A stretch of DNA of 23,905 nucleotides from an uncultured Opitutales bacterium (GTDB lineage Bacteria; Verrucomicrobiota; Verrucomicrobiia; Opitutales; Intestinicryptomonadaceae): NCBI GenBank assembly GCA_934660865.1, contig CAKUIA010000022.1:1-23905 (forward strand). The letters run 5' to 3'. Of the stretch, positions 9,441-16,918 are shown piece after piece; positions within the stretch are counted from its first letter, which is position 1, and each line of letters begins with the position of its first letter. The translations under genes and the position numbers were made by a program. The notes beneath the pieces are model-generated. The model saw only the letters and a list, made by a program, of their open reading frames with translations. It was not told where the DNA came from and did not search any database.

Positions 9441-9528
9441 GTTGCAAATCTATAAATACAAAAATACCCGACATTGCAAACCGCTCAGCCATATTTTTGC
9501 AGAATCCGCCCTAAAAAACCCTTATTTT

Positions 9529-10971
9529 CTACAAATCTTTGCTTCTGTCGGAGGACAATCGATAGTTGCGCATAATGCGCGGCATTGCCTCTTTCATTTT
9601 CTTTACGTCCAAAATTATGGGCACTTCATAGTCGAAAACAAAGGTTACATAGCCGTCGTTAAGCGAATCTATTATGCGGGCAACGTCTTTTATGGATTTT
9701 ATTTTTTGGCCGTTAATTTCGTAGAGCCTGCTGCTTGCGTACGATTGGTATCCCAAATTTACCTCGTCGCCCAATACAACCGAAAGAACTACAACTTCGT
9801 CGTCGGGCGAATCCTTTTCCTCGTCGATAAGCCTGCTTAAATGTTCGGGCGGGTTTTGCTTTGTCCATTCCGACAAGTAGCTTAGCGAAAGAGTTGTAAA
9901 TACTAGGCCTCCTGCAACATACATTTTTGGAGTTTTGTCGTACATCATCGGCGAAACCATAAAATACGGCTTTTTGGGATACATTTTTACCTCCAACTTT
10001 TTGCCGTCGCGCAGAATGCCGAAATTTACAAATTCGCCCATTTGCTTTGAGTCTACAATGGTCGAAAAATGGCGGTTTTCGCCGTTGTCGGCCTTAATGT
10101 TGCCGTTGTTCATTATTGTTTTGCCGTCTATTGTAAGCAGAACATCGCCCTTCTTTACCGGAGGGTTTTCGCCAGCAAATTTGCGGACCCTGCACACCAA
10201 CACGCCGCTTTGGGTTTCGGACATCTTAAGGTATTTGCGCGTGTCGGGGTTTTCCAGCGTAATTATGCTAATGCCCAAGTCGCCGAAGCCGTCTACCTTG
10301 CCGTCTTGTATGTCTTTTAAAAAGTGGCGTATAACGTCGGTATGTATCATATAGCCGAGGCCTTGCCTGCCCTTGTAGCCCTGAAAGGCAATGCCCACAA
10401 CCTTGCCGTTATACAAAATCGGCCCGCCGCTGTTGCCGGGGTTTATTGCGGCGTCTAGCTGGGCAGCCAAAAAGCTGTCGAGCATGGAATGCGAATAGGC
10501 AACCGCCTCTATGCGCGAAATTATGCCCTGCGTAATGGAAAGCCCGTTGCCACCCAAGGGATAGCCAACCGCCAAAACCTGCGTTCTTACAGGCGGGGTT
10601 TCGCCTATCTCGAAAGGCTCTATGCCGTCGAAAAACCGCTTGTCGGGAACTTCCAAAATCGCCAAATCGCACTGGTGGTCTATTGCCACAACCCTGGCCG
10701 AAACGGGCGAACCGTTGTCTTTTTTGAGCACCGAAACGTATGTGCTATCCGACACATTGTGGGCGTTTGTCAGAATTCTGTTGCCCGAAATTACAACGCC
10801 AGAACCGCTGCCCCTGCTTTGCCCCTTGGTAAGCCACGGCAAAAAGAAATTTGGCTTGCACGAAACCGTCTGGATTTTCACCACCCCCGAAAACTGGTCT
10901 AAAGGCTGGGCAAATGCCCCCAAAGCCGAAGCCGAAATTAAAAGCGAAACTGCTATGTGTTTAATTTTCAT
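9529..10971 (-). CDS. Periplasmic trypsin-like serine protease, HtrA/DegP (S1C) family, with C-terminal PDZ-like region
   Basis: I take the start at ATG 10971 (MKIKHIAVSLLISASALGAFA/QP signal peptide). The catalytic triad context is TNAHNV, CDLAIL and GNSGGP. The C-terminal half looks PDZ-like (GDVLLTIDGKTI). Confidence 0.88.
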   Translation of the reverse strand: MKIKHIAVSLLISASALGAFAQPLDQFSGVVKIQTVSCKPNFFLPWLTKGQSRGSGSGVVISGNRILTNAHNVSDSTYVSVLKKDNGSPVSARVVAIDHQCDLAILEVPDKRFFDGIEPFEIGETPPVRTQVLAVGYPLGGNGLSITQGIISRIEAVAYSHSMLDSFLAAQLDAAINPGNSGGPILYNGKVVGIAFQGYKGRQGLGYMIHTDVIRHFLKDIQDGKVDGFGDLGISIITLENPDTRKYLKMSETQSGVLVCRVRKFAGENPPVKKGDVLLTIDGKTIMNNGNIKADNGENRHFSTIVDSKQMGEFVNFGILRDGKKLEVKMYPKKPYFMVSPMMYDKTPKMYVAGGLVFTTLSLSYLSEWTKQNPPEHLSRLIDEEKDSPDDEVVVLSVVLGDEVNLGYQSYASSRLYEINGQKIKSIKDVARIIDSLNDGYVTFVFDYEVPIILDVKKMKEAMPRIMRNYRLSSDRSKDL

Positions 10972-11078
10972 ATCGCGGCAAATTCTATTTTTATACAAAT
11001 GCGCTTGTAAACAAAATTTTTGGCAAAAAAGCGGCGGCCTTGGGCAAAAAATACCGCGGTTAAAACGCAAAAAAACAG

Positions 11079-11096
11079 TTGCTTTCAACAAAGCAA
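11079..11096 (+). promoter_or_regulatory. Perfect palindrome TTGCTTT-CAAC-AAAGCAA 20 nt upstream of leuD (possible operator or leader hairpin)
   Basis: 7-bp arms at 11079-11085 and 11090-11096, read directly from the sequence. The function is not established. Confidence 0.25.
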
Positions 11097-11116
11097 TCCT
11101 TAGCTTATATAACAAT

Positions 11117-11710
11117 ATGGCACTTGAAAAGATTGAAAAATTTGAAGGACAGGGAGTATACCTCCCCGAAAACGACATCGACACCGACAGAATTATTCCC
11201 GCAAGGTTTATGGTGTGCGTAACATTTGAAGGCCTCGGCAAATACGCCTTTTACGACGAACGCAAAAACGCCGACGGCACCGACAAAGACCACGTTTTAA
11301 ACAAGCCGGAATACAAAAACGCAAACATAATACTGTCGGGCGCAAACTTCGGCTGCGGCTCGTCCAGAGAGCACGCGCCCCAGTCGCTTTGGCACTACGG
11401 CTTCCGCGCAATAATAGCCGAAAGCTTCGCCGAAATCTTTTTCGGCAACGCCACAACTTTGGGCATTCCCTGCGTAACGGCCTCGCACGACGACATAAAA
11501 AAGATTGCCGACGAAGTTGTATCCAAGCCCGATTCCAAGATTTTGATAGACCTAAAGGCGAAGAAAATAAGCTGCAACGGCGTTTCGGTAGACTGCCAAA
11601 TGCCCGAAAACGCGCGCCAAGCCCTAATGACAGGAACGTGGGACCCAATCGCCGAGCTTATGGAAGCCGACACCGACAAAGTCTACAATTCGCTTTGCTA
11701 CACAAAATAG
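11117..11710 (+). CDS. leuD: 3-isopropylmalate dehydratase small subunit
   Basis: I take the start at ATG 11117 (MALEKIEKFEG...). Contains DIDTDRIIPARF, NFGCGSSREHAP and YGFRAIIAESFAEIFFGN, close to the E. coli LeuD motifs. Confidence 0.88.
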   Translation: MALEKIEKFEGQGVYLPENDIDTDRIIPARFMVCVTFEGLGKYAFYDERKNADGTDKDHVLNKPEYKNANIILSGANFGCGSSREHAPQSLWHYGFRAIIAESFAEIFFGNATTLGIPCVTASHDDIKKIADEVVSKPDSKILIDLKAKKISCNGVSVDCQMPENARQALMTGTWDPIAELMEADTDKVYNSLCYTK

Positions 11711-12262
11711 ATGAACTTTATTTTTGAAGGCATAGGAATATTCGCATACCCGCTCGGGCTTTGCTCGCTTTTGGCGGTATATATAGCAATAGAAAGGCTT
11801 ATATCGCTGCGCACTTCAAAAATAATACCCGACACAATCTCGAACGCGCTTGTTTCGGGCAAAGACATTCAGGCCCTGGGCGACTTAAACTCGGTTGCAG
11901 GCCGCATTGTGTGTTTCGAAAAAAGCACCGACGCCGATGCCGACGCCCTAAAAGCCTATGCCGAGCTTGAACTTACAAAGCTCGAACGCGGAATGTTTTT
12001 GCTGGATATTGTCGTTTCGGCGGCGCCGCTTTTGGGGCTTTTGGGCACGGTTGCGGGCTTGGTCGAAGTTTTTTCGGGCAGCGGCGTTCCCGAACCCGAG
12101 GTTATCGCAAAAGGCGTCGGCCTTGCGCTTTCTACAACAATAGTCGGTTTGGCTATAGCAATTCCCGCCTTGGCGGTAGACTCGTATTTATACCGAAAAA
12201 TCGACACGCTTTCGGCAAAGATAAACATTTGCGTCGAACGCCTGCTCGACATAAAAAAGTAG
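11711..12262 (+). CDS. exbB: MotA/TolQ/ExbB-family proton-channel protein
   Basis: Contains PLLGLLGTVAGL and GLALSTTIVGLAIAIPA. The ATG follows the leuD TAG with zero spacing. Confidence 0.88.
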   Translation: MNFIFEGIGIFAYPLGLCSLLAVYIAIERLISLRTSKIIPDTISNALVSGKDIQALGDLNSVAGRIVCFEKSTDADADALKAYAELELTKLERGMFLLDIVVSAAPLLGLLGTVAGLVEVFSGSGVPEPEVIAKGVGLALSTTIVGLAIAIPALAVDSYLYRKIDTLSAKINICVERLLDIKK

Positions 12263-12676
12263 ATGGACATACGCCAACGCTCGAAGAAAAGAAGAAAACC
12301 TACCGTAAACATTGTGCCTATGGTAGACGTGCTTACGGTGTTGATTTTCTTTTTCCTGATTACAATGCAGTTTAAGCAGGTAAATGCAGTAGACATTACC
12401 CCGCCTACAATGCAGTCGTCGGAAAACGTAAACTCGAAAGACTTCCCCAACGTAATAGCCGTAAAAAAAGACGGCTCGTGTTTTTTGAACGACAAAAAAG
12501 TTTTGCCCGAAACTTTGGTTGGCGAATTTAAGTTGATATTGGCAAAAGACAAAAACGCCCCGTTTATTTTATTGTCCGACAAAGACACGCCTTTCCAATC
12601 GGTGGCAAACGTTATAGACAAAGCCGCCGTTGCAAAAATAAAAAGGCTTTCGCTTCAGGCAAAGAAGGAAAATTAG
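12263..12676 (+). CDS. exbD: ExbD/TolR-family biopolymer transport protein
   Basis: Contains NIVPMVDVLTVLIFFFLI, a single N-terminal TM and a periplasmic domain. The ATG follows the exbB TAG with zero spacing. Confidence 0.88.
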   Translation: MDIRQRSKKRRKPTVNIVPMVDVLTVLIFFFLITMQFKQVNAVDITPPTMQSSENVNSKDFPNVIAVKKDGSCFLNDKKVLPETLVGEFKLILAKDKNAPFILLSDKDTPFQSVANVIDKAAVAKIKRLSLQAKKEN

Positions 12677-12700
12677 GCCTTTGCCTACCACGCCTTTGCA

Positions 12701-12727
12701 CGCCGAAAATATTTCGGCGTTTTTTTG
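12701..12727 (+). terminator. Rho-independent terminator after exbD
   Basis: CGCCGAAA / TTTCGGCG form an 8-bp stem (12701-12719), followed by seven T (12720-12726). Confidence 0.75.
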
Positions 12728-12729
12728 TA

Positions 12730-12749
12730 CCCGAAATTTCGGGATTTTT
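12730..12749 (+). terminator. Second palindrome CCCGAAATTTCGGG + ATTTTT (tandem terminator or operator)
   Basis: A perfect 14-nt palindrome at 12730-12743 is followed by ATTTTT. It shares the core CCGAAA..TTTCGG with the preceding hairpin. Confidence 0.4.
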
Positions 12750-12831
12750 GCGTTTATTGCGCAACGGGTTTAATTTTGCGAAATTATGGCGATATAGCTG
12801 TAGAACAAAATCAAAAAAAAGGAATAAGAGA

Positions 12832-13221
12832 ATGAAAAAATTGATTACACTTGCGGCTATGTTTGCCGCCACTTGTTTGTTTGCACAAGACAACGCCCAG
12901 CAAAACGCGCCGCAAAATGCGGGCAATGCCGCGGCAGCCCAACAGGCGCCAAGCGCCGACGACGGAGCCGTGGGCGTGATAGAAATTGTGGAAATAAGTT
13001 CGGTAGACACCTGCGGCTGCACAAAGTGCGACTCGTGCAAGGGAAAATTCTGCAAGTGCGACCAAAGCACACCGCAATGCGCAAAGTGCTGCAAGGCAAA
13101 AAAAGGCTGCAAAACCGCAAAGAATTGCGACAAAGCCAAAGCCTGCAAAACAAGCGCAAACTGCGACAGGGCAAAGAACTGCCCCGACGATTCGTGCCCG
13201 AAAACGCTAAAGAGCAAATAA
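12832..13221 (+). CDS. Exported small Cys/Lys-rich protein (metallothionein-like composition), function unknown
   Basis: The ATG at 12832 is preceded by AAGGA. The signal peptide is MKKLITLAAMFAATCLFA/QD, followed by a Q/N/A-rich linker. Residues 61-122 (13012-13197) contain 15 Cys in CxC, CxxC and CC patterns, including a repeated AKNCD[KR]AK unit. Residues 61-129 contain 17 Lys. The gene has its own flanking terminators. Confidence 0.7.
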   Translation: MKKLITLAAMFAATCLFAQDNAQQNAPQNAGNAAAAQQAPSADDGAVGVIEIVEISSVDTCGCTKCDSCKGKFCKCDQSTPQCAKCCKAKKGCKTAKNCDKAKACKTSANCDRAKNCPDDSCPKTLKSK

Positions 13222-13252
13222 TTTTTGTTGGTTGTATATAGATATAAAATCC

Positions 13253-13287
13253 AGACTCCGCCCAGATTTTGCGGGGTCTTTTTTTTG
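13253..13287 (+). terminator. Rho-independent terminator of the Cys-rich protein gene
   Basis: AGACTCCGC (13253-13261) pairs with GCGGGGTCT (13271-13279), with one G-U pair, and is followed by a T-run at 13280-13286. Confidence 0.7.
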
Positions 13288-13323
13288 CGAAAAAAACATT
13301 CGCGCAAATCGGCAATTCAACAC

Positions 13324-13354
13324 AAAAAAGGCGCAAGCTAAAACAGGTTGCGCC
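13324..13354 (-). terminator. Rho-independent terminator of the YqaA-like gene
   Basis: GGCGCAA (13330-13336) pairs with TTGCGCC (13348-13354). On the minus strand the stem is followed by TTTTTT (reverse complement of 13324-13329). Confidence 0.6.
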
Positions 13355-13378
13355 TCGCAAAAAAATTATACGCAAAAA

Positions 13379-13993
13379 TTACATGCAGTATTTTACCGCC
13401 AAAAAGCCCAAAACAAGCAGCACAAAAAACGCGATTGTAAGCAGGTTAAAATATTTGTCTATAAATTCCTTAGATTTCGGGCCCACCACCCTGATTATCA
13501 GCCCTACAAGGAAAAACCTTCCGCCGCGCCCTACAATAGAGCCCAAAACAAGGTCGTATAAAGGAACGTCGCAAACGCCCGCGGTAATCGTAAAAATCTT
13601 GTAGGGAATTGGCGTAAAAGCCGCGGTAAATATGGCAAGCAGGGCGTTGTCTTTATACAAATTCTTTACGTAGTCGAAATTTTCGGGCGTAAAGCCCGGA
13701 ACGTAATTAAAGAAAAATCCCTTAACGGCCTCCCAACCGGCATGGCCTATATACCAGCCGATTACGCCCCCTATAACTGAAAACACCGTGCAAACCAGCG
13801 CAAAATACCACCATTTTTTGGGTTTGCCGTAAACAAGGGGAATAAGCAAAACATCGGGCGGAACAGGGAAAAACGAACTTTCGGCCATAGACAAAAGCGA
13901 AAGCGCTACGGTAGACTGCGGTTTGTCGGCCCAGGAGACCGTCCAGTCGTACATTCTTCTTATAAAATTTTTCTTTTTTTCGGGGGTACTCAT
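13379..13993 (-). CDS. YqaA-type (DedA/SNARE-associated superfamily) membrane protein
   Basis: I prefer ATG 13993 (MSTPEKKK...) over the TTG at 14014 used by the track. Contains ESSFFPVPPDVLLIP and AFTPIPYKIFTITAGV, characteristic of the YqaA/DedA families. Confidence 0.7.
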   Translation of the reverse strand: MSTPEKKKNFIRRMYDWTVSWADKPQSTVALSLLSMAESSFFPVPPDVLLIPLVYGKPKKWWYFALVCTVFSVIGGVIGWYIGHAGWEAVKGFFFNYVPGFTPENFDYVKNLYKDNALLAIFTAAFTPIPYKIFTITAGVCDVPLYDLVLGSIVGRGGRFFLVGLIIRVVGPKSKEFIDKYFNLLTIAFFVLLVLGFLAVKYCM

Positions 13994-14102
13994 ATAAAAA
14001 TAAAGTCGCTTCAAATAACACCATATTTCACCTTGCAGCGCAAGCCTATATAGGCGGAAATTTCATATAAAAAACCCGCCCGGGTGCGGAGATATTTTTG
14101 CG

Positions 14103-14128
14103 AACAAAAAAGCGGCAAAAACCGCTTG
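14103..14128 (-). terminator. Rho-independent terminator ending the seven-gene operon
   Basis: The minus strand reads AAGCGG-TTTTTG-CCGCTT-TTTTGTT. A second small GC hairpin plus T-run (ACCC-GGGC-GGGT-TTTTTTA) lies just downstream at about 14066-14090. Confidence 0.5.
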
Positions 14129-14164
14129 GGGGTAATTGCCGCCGTTGTGCTAAATACAATTCCG

Positions 14165-16099
14165 CTACCTGCTTAATATCTGTTTTGCCAATTTTGCGAT
14201 TTCGTCGTTGGCTATGGTCGACATCGGGTAAATGTCTTTTGCGTTTATGTAGGCAAGCAAGGCCGCCCAGTTGTCGCCCGAGGCTTTCGCCTCGTTTGCC
14301 TTTGCAAGGGCGGCGGCAAACGACGAAGCTTTCACGGTTAAATCGGCTCTGATTTTGTTTAGCTGCATGTCTTCGGGAAACTGCATATAAACTTTCTCGA
14401 CAATCTCCCACGCGGCAAAATTGTTTTTCAATCTTGCAAGCTCCTTCGCCTGCCCTATCGAAGTTTCTATAATCTCCATGCGCTTCATTATTTCCAGAAA
14501 ATCTTTGTTGCGCGTTTGGTCGGCCGCCAAAGCCGCAGCAAACCTGAAGCGGTCGTTAAAAATGCCCCTGTAGTCTTTTTGGGCGAAAAGCCTGTCGAAA
14601 TCGGAAGTGGCAACGTCTTTTAAATCTACGCGGCCAATCATTGTCTTTAAGAACTCCTGAATTTTAGGGTTTGTGGGCCAAAAGCCAACAGCCTCCTGCA
14701 GCGCGCTTTCAACCGCGGCCTGGTTGCGCGTTTGCGCCGCAACAAGCGCCTTTTGCAGGGCCAAATCGCTAAGCTGGCGCGAAGTTTGTATGAAGGCCTC
14801 TATCTGCCCCGAATCGAAGTCTTTTGTGTAGCTTTGAATTTCCTTTAAAATTTCCGAAGCCCTTTCTACATGCTTTACTTTTACCGCGTTTACAAGTTTG
14901 TCGCAATCGCGCAAATAGCGCATAATTTCGCGCTTGGAATCCATCGGGAAAGTTTTTACGCACGCCAAGTTTTCGCCCACAAAAAACGCCTCGAGCATGC
15001 GCTGCGTTGCCGAGTGTATTTCGCCGCGCGAAATCAGGTATTGGGCTGCTTTCACGGCCTTGTCGGCGTCGTTTATGGCCTCTTTGCAAAGGGCGTCCAG
15101 CGTAGAGGTTGTAAGCTTTATGTCTACGCCTCCGAATACCTGCCCTTTAAGCGAATCTATGCCCTCTATTTTCCCGTCTTCGGCGGCAAAAAGGTAGCGG
15201 TAAAAATCGTTTGCAATCATTGCATGGTAGTACCTGCGCTGGAGGAAAAACTGCACGATAAGGCTTTGGAAATCCATCTTTTGGTTTATCCTAGACGACG
15301 CCTCGTATGATTTGTTTTCCTTTATTTTCGCCTCGGTTTCCTGAATGCGCTTTTTTATGGGGTCTATTTCGTAGTCTCTCGAAGGCGGCGGCGTTGCGTC
15401 TTTGCCGCGCATCATTGCGATAAATTCGCGCCTGTCCATGCTCGAAATCATGCGCATTCCCGACTCTTTTCTGCTTCTGTCCTGCTCGAGCTTTTCGTTT
15501 TGTATTGCAAGCTTTTCTATCTTTTTGGTGGTCTGCCAAAAGTTTACAACCTTGTCGGCAATGGTTCTGCAAAGCTGGTCGTCCATCGGGTATTCCTGGG
15601 CGTTGAACAACATTCGCCATGCGTCCAAAGTTCTTTCGGCATCGCTGCCGCCGCCCTTGCCCGCCAAACGCTGACTTATGTCGACTAAAAGCTGGTTGTA
15701 GGCCAAATCTTCGCTGGTGGTTGCCGGCGGCGAATTCAAATATTTTTCGAAACGCGCCCTTATAATTTTCTGTTGGGCGTCGTCTACCTTCTTGCCCGAA
15801 AAATCTACAAGGTTGCCCTGGTTTTGCAAAAGCGAAATGATTGCCGAATTGTCGCCGCCGCCAAAGCCGCCCAAATTTATCGGCAATGCCGAAATATTAT
15901 TGCCGTTTGCGGCGTTTGCCGCGCCTTTATCGGGCGCCGAATTTTGCGCGGGCAAGGCGCTGTTTGGGGTGCTGTTTTGCCCCGCTTTAGCGCCCGTCTG
16001 TTCGGGTGTTTGCGGCAGGTTTTGCGTGTTTTGCGCCGCCTGTTGTGCATACAGCCCGCAGGCTGCAAACATAAAAATGTAAAACAAATTTCTGTTCAT
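14165..16099 (-). CDS. Secreted 644-aa, largely alpha-helical protein of unknown function
   Basis: The signal peptide is MNRNLFYIFMFAACGLYA/QQ, followed by a ~60-aa Q/N/A/P-rich linker and a long helical region with a TPR-like C-terminus. The ATG lies 1 nt after the upstream stop (TAG-T-ATG). Confidence 0.65.
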   Translation of the reverse strand: MNRNLFYIFMFAACGLYAQQAAQNTQNLPQTPEQTGAKAGQNSTPNSALPAQNSAPDKGAANAANGNNISALPINLGGFGGGDNSAIISLLQNQGNLVDFSGKKVDDAQQKIIRARFEKYLNSPPATTSEDLAYNQLLVDISQRLAGKGGGSDAERTLDAWRMLFNAQEYPMDDQLCRTIADKVVNFWQTTKKIEKLAIQNEKLEQDRSRKESGMRMISSMDRREFIAMMRGKDATPPPSRDYEIDPIKKRIQETEAKIKENKSYEASSRINQKMDFQSLIVQFFLQRRYYHAMIANDFYRYLFAAEDGKIEGIDSLKGQVFGGVDIKLTTSTLDALCKEAINDADKAVKAAQYLISRGEIHSATQRMLEAFFVGENLACVKTFPMDSKREIMRYLRDCDKLVNAVKVKHVERASEILKEIQSYTKDFDSGQIEAFIQTSRQLSDLALQKALVAAQTRNQAAVESALQEAVGFWPTNPKIQEFLKTMIGRVDLKDVATSDFDRLFAQKDYRGIFNDRFRFAAALAADQTRNKDFLEIMKRMEIIETSIGQAKELARLKNNFAAWEIVEKVYMQFPEDMQLNKIRADLTVKASSFAAALAKANEAKASGDNWAALLAYINAKDIYPMSTIANDEIAKLAKQILSR

Positions 16100-16100
16100 A

Positions 16101-16484
16101 CTATATCTTTCTAAAAGCGGTCAGCAGCAATTTGCCGTCTTCGTCTATGCGCACGTTAAAATTATACCTTTGCCCCACCGACGGGTTAAAGCCTTCAAGC
16201 GTTGCGGGAACAAGCAGCGGCAAAGACTTGCCCGAATTTGTCTTTATCAAAATAATGCGCCCGACATTTTCGGAATATGCAAGCTGGCTGTCGACCAACG
16301 CCGAAATGGAATATTCGTTGCCCGCAAACGACTTGGGCAAATCGCAATATTGGGCTATGGGCAGCTTTGCGCCGTCTTGGGCCGAACCCCCCGAATTCGC
16401 GTTTTTATACAGAAAACCTGCCACTATAAGCACAGATGCTACGGGTATTGCGGCGGCTATGATAACTGAACGTTTGTCTTTCAT
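16101..16484 (-). CDS. 127-aa N-terminally membrane-anchored protein, unknown function
   Basis: MKDKRSVIIAAAIPVASVLIVAGFLY forms a single TM, followed by a ~95-aa beta-rich domain. The gene lies 11 nt downstream of the MauE-like gene. Confidence 0.6.
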   Translation of the reverse strand: MKDKRSVIIAAAIPVASVLIVAGFLYKNANSGGSAQDGAKLPIAQYCDLPKSFAGNEYSISALVDSQLAYSENVGRIILIKTNSGKSLPLLVPATLEGFNPSVGQRYNFNVRIDEDGKLLLTAFRKI

Positions 16485-16495
16485 AGAATAGTACT

Positions 16496-16918
16496 TTATG
16501 ATATAAATCTTTTATTGTTTAACAAGAATATAATTGCGCAGAATGCAATTAGCGCAAAATTCCTAAGCAGCGGCAGCATAAGCCCCGAATTTGAAGAGCC
16601 AAAACACCCGCACGAAATGTCTAAATTGCGCCACATTGCCGATATTATGGCTGCGATAAAAACAGCAAGCATTAAAGCCACCACAATAATCGCGCTTTTT
16701 GCATAATTTCGGCACAGCAAGGCTGCGGCGCACACAAGCTCTAAAGCGGGCAAAAAATATGCGACAATCAGCGCGGCGTTTTCCGGCAAAATTTTATAAT
16801 TTAAAATTGCCGTGTAAAATTCGGGCGGGTTTGCAAGCTTCAATGCACCGGCATACGCAAATACAACAGCCAAAATTATGCGCAAGGCTGTTTCGGTTAA
16901 TTTTTTGACGTTTTCCAT
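16496..16918 (-). CDS. MauE/DoxX-family redox-associated membrane protein
   Basis: I take the start at ATG 16918 (MENVKK...); the track start at 16927 is a TTG. There are four hydrophobic helices. AYAGALKL and the C-terminal ISCGCFG motif are typical of MauE-like proteins. Confidence 0.7.
   Translation of the reverse strand: MENVKKLTETALRIILAVVFAYAGALKLANPPEFYTAILNYKILPENAALIVAYFLPALELVCAAALLCRNYAKSAIIVVALMLAVFIAAIISAMWRNLDISCGCFGSSNSGLMLPLLRNFALIAFCAIIFLLNNKRFIS

Noticed and set aside
10972-11241. 90-aa N-terminal extension of the HtrA-like ORF, and the mirror 165-aa extension of leuD (10622-11116)
   Set aside because: The extensions overlap each other and the divergent intergenic region. 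The internal ATGs give a proper signal peptide (HtrA) and a full-length LeuD alignment.
11956-12621. 221-aa minus-strand ORF across exbB/exbD
   Set aside because: It is antisense to two genes with strong family motifs and zero-nt coupling. Its translation has no recognisable features.
12832-13221. Cys-rich protein as a divergent TonB/TolA, or as a RiPP/SCIFF-type precursor
   Set aside because: It has no Pro-rich spacer or TonB C-terminal motif, and two terminator hairpins separate it from exbD. No radical-SAM or other maturase, and no transporter, is adjacent, and it has a Sec-type signal peptide rather than a leader. Both ideas are unsupported.
12612-13375. Several long ORFs (231 aa and 172 aa on the minus strand, 122 aa on the + strand) overlapping the Cys-rich gene
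   Set aside because: The repetitive AAA/GCA/TGC codon content keeps other frames open. Only the 12832-13221 frame has an RBS, a signal peptide and flanking terminators in the right orientation.
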